DNA of 60,304 nt, the filler included, from Nemertoderma westbladi (Eukaryota; Animalia; Xenacoelomorpha), in the NCBI GenBank assembly GCA_032718475.1. It is 3 parts of 3 records of this genome, joined end to end, with 100 filler letters (N's around TTAATTAATTAA, not from the genome) between each part and the next. Parts side by side here need not be neighbours in the genome. Positions count along the whole stretch, not along the records: positions 47,430 to 60,304 come from JAUCBJ010005310.1; 2 more parts are not named here. The stretch is one strand, 5' to 3'. Each line of letters begins with the position of its first letter. Within the stretch, counting starts at the first letter, position 1. This document shows positions 51,001 through 60,304 of this stretch, one piece after another. Made by a program: the position numbers and the translations under genes. The notes under the pieces were generated by a model. The model searched no databases and was not told the origin of the DNA. It was given only the letters and a program-made list of their open reading frames with translations.

Positions 51001-53573
51001 TTACATTTCTGGAATCCTTGCATGGTTAGATTTCTATTGGTAATTGAAGAATAACTGCGGTATAACTGGTGCAATATCGATGGAGACACCTTTTTCAAAC
51101 GCTTGTTGCTAAATATTGAAAGCGAAAATAAAAATTCTGGCTCACCCACCACGGAGGAGGAGGGAGGTGAAACAATATCCCTGTTTCAAATTTAATGCAA
51201 TCTCATTAAGATTTGTAGAAAAATTTGGGGTGGGGCAGGTTCCTGAATAACGACACAATATTCCAGGACATGGAGTGTGGTGGTGACACGGTAAAGCACT
51301 TAAGGGTTATACGAGTCTCTTGCGCTTTACCGTGCCACTGTTATTATGAAAACATACCACAGGGCATTGCAAAATACACAATAATGTAAAGTTACAACAA
51401 TTCTAGAACACTAAATAAAAATTCAATGGTTTTGTTTTACCTCTATAACTCCCACTGTGAGCCAGGAGGGCGTCCTAAAACGATGCAGCCGGAATTTACT
51501 AGCTAAACGTGGAAATTTAAGGTAAATCGAAAAATCAAACATTTCGTGAAAATTTCAATTAATTTGAATTTATATTTTTGTTCCTCCAAAGCATGTTAAC
51601 AATTTTATACACATACTGTAGTAGTGCCAAGTTTTGATAGGTAATTCATTGTGGGATGGTATGCTTAACCATAGCTAATTGGAAATATGAAACCTAAATT
51701 AAAATTCAATAGTTTTGTTTTATCTAGAATAAACCAATTCAAGAGTTTTGTTTTATCTAGAATAAACCAATTCAATAGTTTTGTTTCATCTAGAATAAAC
51801 CAATTCAATAGTTTTGTTTTATCTAGAATAAACCAATTCAATAGTTTTGTTTTATCTAGAATACCAATTCAATAGTTTTGTTTTATCTAGAATAAACCAA
51901 TTCAATAGTTTTGTTTTATCTAGAATAAACCAATTCAATAGTTTTGTTTTATCTAGAATAAACCAATTCAAAGGTTTTGTTTTATCTAGAATAAACCAAT
52001 TCAAAAGTTTTGTTTTATCTAGAATAAACCAATTCAATAGTTTTGTTCTATCTAGAATACCAATTCAATAGTTTTGTTTTATCTAGAATAAACCAATTCA
52101 ATAGTTTTGTTTTATCTAGAATAAACCAATTTAATAGTTTTGTTTTATCTAGAATAAACCACACATGTGAGCTATCTACAGTATATTAATTATTTATTAT
52201 TTTACTTGTCAAACTATTACTATTTATTTTATGGTAACGTAGCACTGTCATTTGCATTTAAATATAAATGAATTATTATTATTTTCATACAAACAAAAAT
52301 CGCTAAAAAAAAGTAGCAAAATGAGCAAAAAAAGAGAGCCCTTCCGTCGACTTTGCCTTTGATAGTAATGGTCAGTAAGGAACACCTCTTGGGATCTTTT
52401 CCTCTTATTTGGAAGTTCGGGGTGTATCATGTAATTGGCTGCTTTCTCTGAGCATTAACGAAAGGTCTGTTCAGTGTTCATACTCACAGAGACCCATATC
52501 TTCAGCCTCACTGACAGATGCATCATGTCTCTTGGCAAATGGTTGTTCCCAAAAAGTGAATTTTCCCTTCACAGTTATGTTCTTTAAGGCTCAGCAGATG
52601 ATATCTGCACAGTCTTAGTTTATTTCGTTCTGCGCACAACAAACAAGACGATGGATTGTCGAGTTACTATAATTCTAGTGATTTGGGGTATGAGATAGTT
52701 CCGGGACTTGTGATCACTGTGGCATGACATCCTTACTCCTACATACAGTACAATACACCCAAGACTAAGACTGGTGTTCAGAGAAATTGCCCTTATTGAA
52801 AATTTACCTAATCCATTCGTGCCCTTAGAAGATCAGCAGCTTACAAATTGCTTAACAAAATATTTAATTTTTATTTTTAGTAGGTACGGTAAGTACTATA
52901 TACAGTATGGTAGTTATTTTAGACCATAGATTAAAAAGACAAAATATAAATTATTACAAAAAGTCTATTTAACTTAGTAAAATATACCCTGTTCCATCGT
53001 TAGACTAACCCCCCTGTCCTCCCTAAGCACTCCCTAGCTGACAGATGTGGCGGAATGATTGAATCTGGTTTCATTGTCGCCAATTCCATCATACAAAGAA
53101 GTAAACAGCAGTGTATAATAGCCGCGACCGCGATGGACACAGTGTAAGATATAAACCCCGATCTGAGACCCGTCTAGAAATTTAATTATATTAATTAATA
53201 ATATAAGTATATCAAAATAAGGTGTTCCAAACTAATAAATATCAAGTTGTTTTGTAACCAAAACGTAGGAGTGATATTTTGGCATGCAGCGTGCGCTAAA
53301 ACGACGACTATTGATTTAGGCAATGGTACTGTTGTAGGTAATGTAGGTGTTTTTAAAATTTCCACTATCATCTCAATAATAAACAAGAGTTATTTCGGTT
53401 CGTATAATTTTATTTATTACCTATCGCGGCGAGTTAATATTTAGTAATTATAAGTTAATATTTCAAGGTTTTTATAAAATATATTCACCAACCTGCCACC
53501 CATCCACATGTATAGCCAGAGACAAACCAATCGCTAAAGAACAGAGGTGCCATATCCGTACAGTTTGATACAT
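48047..53573 (-). CDS. APC-superfamily permease, ethanolamine-permease-like; 3 exons, about 579 aa
   Basis: Exons 53493-53573 (MYQTVRIWHLCSLAIGLSLAIHVDGWQ), 53010-53173 (TGLRSGF...MMELATMKP...ARECLGRTG) and 48047-49541 (GFAVA...FFIGIE...FRSPLG) join in frame through GT-AG introns. Many hydrophobic helices. Confidence 0.8.
50130..50398 (-). mobile_element. Penelope-like element GIY-YIG endonuclease remnant
   Basis: Minus strand reads KYYLGQTEQHLHKRLNKPRENF (YIGQT..L..R.N.HR-type motif) and later AGINL. Disrupted by a stop. Confidence 0.6.
50600..51100. repeat. ~500-bp imperfect inverted repeat; same family as the host of the Copia insertion
   Basis: TTTGAAAAAAAGTGTCTC...GCAGTTATTCTTCAA is mirrored by TTGAAGAATAACTGC...GAGACACCTTTTTCAAA. 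Homologous to 24970-25320. Confidence 0.75.
51704..52160. repeat. 33-bp tandem repeat (about 14 copies)
   Basis: Unit TTCAATAGTTTTGTTTTATCTAGAATAAACCAA. Confidence 0.95.
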
Positions 53574-54795
53574 CACTTATTTATGGTATTATATTAATAA
53601 ACGAATTCGACGGTATAATAATACTGACTAACAAAATGTGATTTATTACTTTTGTGATTATTGAACTTTAACTTTAATAATAAACTCAGGTGACTGGAAA
53701 AACGAATAATTCGCACCCATAGAACTACTGGTGGGTGTTTACAGACACGATTCGGCAACAAATAAATTAAAAATTGTAAAACTACCGCAACAAATGTAAA
53801 TACTGAAAAATAACTGCAGTAGGCTACTCACATCGGAGAACCATAAACTTATTACAGTCCGTTATAATTGTAAGAAAATATTTAGTCAGTAGCAGCATAT
53901 CGATTTAGGATTATACTAGAATAGTATAGTGATTATTGTCTATGTAGGGCCTACAGTACTTATAGGCCTGACATAAAAATAAACTATATGATTTTATGTA
54001 CGAATATGTGTACTAGAATTATCTTGTATTATTCCGATTTCAAGAAGAACAGCAGCATTCAGTAAAATTAATGAGATCGTCTACTGTACATGTAAAACAG
54101 CCACAGCCATGTAAGTCTCTATCAATCAGGACAACCCATGGAATATCGATCCCCACAATCCATGTAATTGATTTAGACTTCGCCCCACCGCACAAAAATG
54201 TGTTACATCGTGACCAAAGAGCCAGAACAACACTCACCAAAAAATGTGGTTTCGAGAAAAATGCAAAAAACCTTCTCATTTCCCTCTATATGGATCCCGT
54301 CTCCTGATTTTTTCGACAGAGGTCTGGGAAGATACAATGACACATTTTATAATAGTGGCTAGCATTCAAAATGAATTTTGTTAATGAAAAAAACTGTTTT
54401 TTTCGTTATTTTCCAAAGAGGCAAAACAACACATACTGAAATTTAACATTAACTCTAGTCTGTGTGTGTTGTTTTACCTCTAGGATTTTATCACAGAAAC
54501 ATAAGAACTCACGTCATTCCTCGACTATTGAATGGTGTTTTTCCTTGCAAAGTATGATAGGGAAAAGTATGGTATGTGTTGTTTTACCTCTAACAGTTTT
54601 CAACTTCTATGTTGTGTGGGTTGTTCTGGTTTTCCATATCTCCTAAACGAACTGACATACAAGTCTAGGATTTTAACATAAGATGTAGAACGCCATCTTG
54701 AGTAATTTTGGTGAAAATTTTTTTTTTTGAAAAATTGTGGTATGTGTTGTTCTGGCTCTATGGTCACGACATATAGTTTTACACACCAAATATAG

Positions 54796-54960
54796 TGACT
54801 CACCCCTAGCTGTATATATTAATGACTCACCCCTAGCAGTATATATTAATGACTCACCCCTAGCAGTATATATTAATGACTCACCCCTAGCAGTATATAT
54901 TAATGACTCACCCCTAGCAGTATATATTAATGACTCACCCCTAGCAGTATATATTAATGA
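54796..54960. repeat. 27-bp tandem repeat (6 copies)
   Basis: Unit TGACTCACCCCTAGCAGTATATATTAA. Confidence 0.95.
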
Positions 54961-55016
54961 AATCTTGAAATTTATATTACATCTGAATAATCTTACTTTA
55001 TATTTTCATTTATAAG

Positions 55017-55638
55017 GGATGTAGGAGAATTCGGTCCCGGACAATTCGATCCCGGACAATTCGGTCCGGACAATTCGGTCCCGGACAATTCGGTCCCGGA
55101 CAATTCGGTCCCGGACAATTCGCTCCCATTTCTTTAGTGTTTTGGAATAGAATTGTTCGGGACCGAATTGGAATTGTCCGGCACCGAATTGTCCGGGACC
55201 GAATTGTCCGGGACCGAATTGTCCTGGACTGAATTGTCCGGACCGAATTGTCCGGGACCGAATTGTCCGGACAGAATTGTCCGGGACGAATTGTCCGGGA
55301 CCGAATTGTCCGGGACCGTAATTGTCCGGGACCGAATTGTCCGGGACCTAATTATCCGGGACCGAATTGTCCGGACCGAATTGTATGGGACCGAATTGTC
55401 TCAACCGAATTATCCGGGAATGAATTTTCAGAGACTGAATTGTCCGGGACGAATTGTCCGGGACGAAATGTCCGGGACGAACTGTCCGGATCGAATTGTC
55501 CGTGTCCGAATTGTCCGGACCGAATTGTCTCAACCGAATTGTCCGGGACCGAATTTTCCGGGACGAATTGTCCGAACCGAATTGTCCGGGACCGAATTGT
55601 CTCAACCGTATTGTCCGGGACCGAATTCTCCTGCTTCC
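55017..55638. mobile_element. Non-autonomous Mutator/Foldback-like element with 15-bp subterminal arrays
   Basis: TIR GGATGTAGGAGAATTCGGTCCCGGAC/GTCCGGGACCGAATTCTCCTGCTTCC, 9-bp TSD ATTTATAAG (55008-55016, 55639-55647), and inverted arrays of GAATTGTCCGGGACC. Confidence 0.85.
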
Positions 55639-57130
55639 ATTTATAAGACTACAGTTACATTATTTAATTTAAGAAAACATTAAGCCTATTGAAAAAAACG
55701 TCACATATAAGAAGCCATTATCGAATGCCAGACAGAACTAATGACATTTATACTCATAGCCAATACTTAATATAATCTCTTATAACTTTATACAACTCTA
55801 CAACTAAAACATGACAAATGTATTGAGATCTGCGGTGTAATTATTTATATATACAGTACAGTTGGCCTACAGAATTGAAACGTCATAATATAAAGTGCAT
55901 GCAATCAACTGTATGCTAATTAGAAATGTTACGAGTTAGTTGCGGTAAGTTTTCCGAGCAATGAAGCTTATTGACATGGTCTGAGTAAAGTTCATTGCAT
56001 TGTATTCCAGATGGCGTATCCTTTACTATACTTTCAGCTCAATTTAACAACATTATTTAATATCGGCAACATTTAGTAGTTTGTGCATACATGTTGGCAT
56101 ATTACTGAGTAACAGCATAATATATATTTAAGTTCTACCTAATTAAAGTCAGCAGTTTAAATACACCAGTTAACTACCCATTGATAGGCACCGCTAATGT
56201 AGGTAATATTAAATATTAATAAACTAGTGTGGGGCGAGCCACCGAGGCACTGAGCCGTTTCACAGTATATTACGTGCCAAAGCGAACTGGTCGGTCCGTC
56301 TTGCTCGACGTGTGAACGTCAATATCTTCGTCGTGGTATGTTGATAAGTTAAGTGAAAGTTTGAGAATTCTAAGAGGTGGCTTAAAAAAACACTGATTGT
56401 TCAGGCCTACATGAGTTTACATAGTTTCCATATCGCTCATTAACCTGCACTAAAACGGTGTGCTAGGGTACACTAGTTTCGTGCTAACTAGGCCTACACG
56501 ACTTATTGTTTTTATTAAATTTTGTGGGCCGTTCGCAACCAACAATGTACAGCATCATTTCCTGTATAACCTCAGGCCCAGCTCACAACCTCGGTGAATA
56601 TAAATATCCTCCCGTAGACTTGTTTATTTATAATCAGTATGTGTTATTAAATAATGGGTTTATTAGTCATTAATAAGACGCTCCAACCGTAAAAACATAA
56701 TAATCTTATGAGCAGATTGGTTGTCAAATTGGCTCTTAAATAGCTATTTTGTACTTAATGTATCCTTAGATCCATTCTTACACCATAGCCGGATTTAGAG
56801 TGCATTTCTACTTATGTAGTCCATAGCATTGTTTGGCATCGCTCTATTGTTATTGTCGGCCATTTTATATAGAATGTTGCGGTGTTACTGATACTAAATG
56901 ATACCGATTCTTTATCACACGTTAGCACATAATACATTTCGGGTTATTGTTGTTTAATATTAAGAAAGTACGTGAGTCATAGTGTTAGTGTAATTGCCTT
57001 ATGATTGCATTCCTTGGTCTTGTAATTGCAAACCCAGAGGGAGAGGACTTACGATGAACTGATAAACAATTAATAAACAATTAATGTTTCTTTGTATGCT
57101 GACCTCGCCCACAGCTACCACTGCGTCACC

Positions 57131-57290
57131 GTAGCTACAGAATCCATCGGGCCTATTGGCTATTAAGGTTCAACATTCCTTAAAGAAATTGGGCGTAAAA
57201 TATCACAGACTTCAAGTGAACCACGCGACACTTAATTCCTCTTCCAACGCCTTTCTTTGTACTGTACATACAATGCAACGTCATCCTGGG
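57131..57290 (+). mobile_element. C-terminal remnant of a CRE-like (REL-endonuclease) non-LTR retrotransposon
   Basis: VATESIGPIG.*.STFLKEIGRKISQTSSEPRDT*FLFQRLS resembles the conserved ETLG.WG...FL..LGRRI....GEPR...FLFQRLS tail. Confidence 0.65.
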
Positions 57291-57496
57291 ACCCCCCCCC
57301 CCCCCCCCCCCCCCACCTACCCCCACAAGTCAGTCTAGATAAAGGTTCCTCTTTATGTAACTCTAGCCACTTTCCAAACTCCATCAGAAACACCTTTACA
57401 TTGTCTCTCTGCTCCGCCCCTCCCCGTTTGTCATTTTTTACTACTTTACTTACAGTTTTTTTCATCGTTACATCAACCTGTGAATAATGGTTTTTA

Positions 57497-59092
57497 GTTA
57501 CCTAGTGCCAGCTACACGGTACGTTATTAGTACCTAGTGCCAGCTGCACGGTACGTTATTAGTACCTAGTGCCCAGCTACACGGTACATTATTAATACCT
57601 AGTGACAGCTACACGGTACGTTATAAGTACCTAGTGCGAGCTACACGGTACGTTATAAGTACCTAGTGCCAGCTACACTATAAGTTATTAGTAACTAGTG
57701 CCAGCTACACGGTACGTTATTAGTACCTTGTGCCAGCTACACGGTACGTTATTAGTACCTAGTGACAGCTACACGGTACGTTATAAGTACCTAGTGCCAG
57801 CTACACTATAAGTTATTATAGTACCTAGTGCGAGCTACACGGTACGTTATAAGTACCTAGTGCCAGCTACACTATAAGTTATTAGTACCTAGTGCCAGCT
57901 ACACGGTACGTTATTAGTACCTAGTGACAGCTACACGGTACGTTATTAGTACCTAGTGCCATCTACACGGTACGTTATTAGTACCTAGTGCCAGCTACAC
58001 GGTACGTTATTAGTACTTAGTACCTAGTGCCAGCTACACGGTACGTTATTAGTACCTAGTGACAGCTACACGGTACCTTATAAGTACCTAGTGCCAGCTA
58101 CACGGTACGTTATTAGTACCTAGTGCCCAGCTACACGGTACATTATTTGTACCTAGTGCCAGCTACACGGTACGTTATTAGTACCTAGTGCCAGCTACAC
58201 GGTACGTTATTAGTACCTAGTGACAGCTACACGGTACGTTATTAGTACCTAGTGCCATCTACACGGTACGTTATTAGTACCTAGTGCCAGCTACACGGTA
58301 CGTTATTAGTACTTAGTACCTAGTGCCAGCTACACGGTACGTTATTAGTACCTAGTGACAGCTACACGGTACCTTATAAGTACCTAGTGCCAGCTACACG
58401 GTACGTTATTAGTACCTAGTGCCCAGCTACACGGTACATTATTTGTACCTAGTGCCAGCTACACGGTACGTTATTAGTACCTAGTGACAGCTACACGGTA
58501 CGTTATTAGTACCTAGTGCCAGCTACACGGTACGTTATTAGTACCTAGTGACAGCTACACGGTACGTTATTAGTACCTAGTGCCAGCTACACTGTAAGTT
58601 ATTATAGTACCTAGTGCCAGCTAACGGTACGTTATTAGTACATAGTTCCAGCTACACGGTACGTTATTAGTACTTAGTGCCAGCTACACTATAAGTTATT
58701 AGTACCTAGTGCCAGCTACACGGTACGTTATTAGTATCTAGTGCCAGCTACACTATAAGTTATTAGTACCCAGTGCCAGCTACACGGTACGTTATTAGTA
58801 CTTAGTACATAGTGCCAGCTACGCGGTACGTTATTAGTACCTAGTGCCAGCTACACGGTACGTTATTAGTACTTAGTGCCAGCTACAAGGTACGTTGTTA
58901 GTACCTAGTGCCAGCTACACGGTACGTTATTAGTACCTAGTGCCAGCTACACGGTACGTTATTAGTACCTAGTGACAGCTACACGGTACGTTATTAGTAC
59001 TTAGTGCCAGATACAAGGTACGTTGTTAGTACCTAGTGCCAGCTACACGGTACGTTATTAGTACCTAGTGCCAGCTACACGGTACGTTATTA
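57497..59092. repeat. 32-bp tandem repeat (about 50 copies)
   Basis: Unit GTACCTAGTGCCAGCTACACGGTACGTTATTA with minor variants and no unique spacers. Confidence 0.95.
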
Positions 59093-59373
59093 CTCAATGA
59101 ATCGTTTTAATTGGCGTGCAAGCTAAATGACTGTTAGTTACACAGTGTGTTGGCTACTATTGATTGCACTGTACTCTCAATTAATAATAATTGTTTTATT
59201 TTGAAATCTTTGTGCCAACATTAATACTGTGGAGGCTGTTTTTTATTTTTATTTTAATCTTTATTCCGCACCAGGAGGCACATAGCTACAGAACAACATA
59301 CCAAATACCTACCATATTACAGTATGCAGTAGGCCTACGTACAGCACAAAATATACACATTTATATGATAATA

Positions 59374-60198
59374 CTAAAAAATAATAATAAGTCTTAAAAG
59401 TGACGGTTTCACGAAACGAAAAACCGTGAGAAATGGTCTGCAAGCAGAGTAAATGGTTCGCACCAAATCATTCTGAGATTCACTGACCCGTTTAAAAAGG
59501 CTGTGTACAGATCTGCTGTGAATATGACACAGCATTGGCAGATTTAATGTGCCGAATGAGAGTGAGATACTGGTCGGTTCATCGCCAATAAGGCGAGAGA
59601 TATTAAATAAAATACGAGCGCAATTGTTATACGCAACTTGTATTTTATCGTATACACGTTGAGAATAATTTGAACGGGTCCACAGACTGTTACCATATAT
59701 AGGAGTACAAAATGCACGAAATAAGGAAGTCTTAACAGCGGCGGAGGCATTGCCAAACTTCCTAACAAGGGTATTCGCTCTAGCATACAATGAATGCATT
59801 TGATTAATGATGTCACAATCGTCATAAGTTGATGACGTAATAATATGTCCGAGATAGTTGAAAGAATCCACTATAGGAATATATGCTCCATATAATGTAA
59901 TTTTAGTGCAACTCGTTAGAGAGAATGATTTCGGAATGAAGTACACACATTTAGTTTTCTTCACATTAATAATAATGGAGTTATTGTTAGCATAACTAAC
60001 CGCTATGTAAACCAATTTCTGTAAGCCGACAATTGAGTTTGACAACAAACACAGATCGTCTGCATACAGTAAATGGTTTATTCTAGTGGATCCAATCATA
60101 CAGCCTACCCCGCTTGCATTAAAGATAATACTGAGGTCATCGACGTAGATATTATAGAATATCGGAGAAAGAATTCTCCCCTGTCCAGTGGTTGCCAT
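59374..60198 (-). mobile_element. 5'-truncated non-LTR retrotransposon RT, C-terminal half
   Basis: QGRILSPIFYNIYVDDL, HLLYADDL, FNYLGH, LYARANTLVRKF. Confidence 0.9.
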
Positions 60199-60304
60199 TG
60201 GTTACATTGAATGAGGTAGAGAGCACACCGTCCCAGCATACCTGCAGTACGGAAGCCCATAGCGGCCAGGACACAAACATTAATGTGGGACACAAACATT
60301 AATG

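Noticed and set aside
52340-52660. Coding-looking stretch in the permease intron
   Set aside because: No recognisable motif in the minus-strand frames I read; possibly a decayed transposon, but unsupported.
55153-55683. ORFs with ELSGT/PNCPG/RDRIV repeats
   Set aside because: Translations of the 15-bp subterminal arrays of a TSD-flanked non-autonomous transposon.
57497-59092. CRISPR-like appearance of the 32-bp, 33-bp and 63-bp arrays
   Set aside because: Units are head-to-tail with no unique spacers, there are no cas genes, and the context is eukaryotic.

Overview
AT-rich invertebrate (metazoan) genomic DNA, not prokaryotic. It consists of three contigs joined by two artificial 100-nt N-linkers containing TTAATTAATTAA (24380-24479, 47330-47429), so adjacency across those points is unsupported. 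Contig 1 holds a secreted multi-ShKT gene and a three-exon gankyrin (PSMD10) gene. The 11.6-kb first coding intron of PSMD10 contains four complete intronless genes: a UGA-selenocysteine SelW2/MIEN1-type selenoprotein with a downstream SECIS, NDUFA1-like, SNF8, and a mitochondrial carrier. Contig 2 holds a decayed Copia LTR element with nested insertions, a hammerhead-ribozyme repeat with a tRNA-like Pol III promoter, a Ginger-type transposon, intronless RAB18 and CRYZ-like genes, a 63-bp satellite amplified from inside a SINE, and two CLCA exons. Contig 3 holds an ethanolamine-permease-like APC transporter gene, a Penelope endonuclease remnant, tandem repeats and LINE remnants. The best candidates for an undescribed system are (i) two unrelated tRNA-like Pol III/hammerhead ribozyme hybrids, one with the ribozyme between the A and B boxes, and (ii) the nested cluster of intronless housekeeping genes. 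All calls were made by eye; no database searches or folding programs were run.
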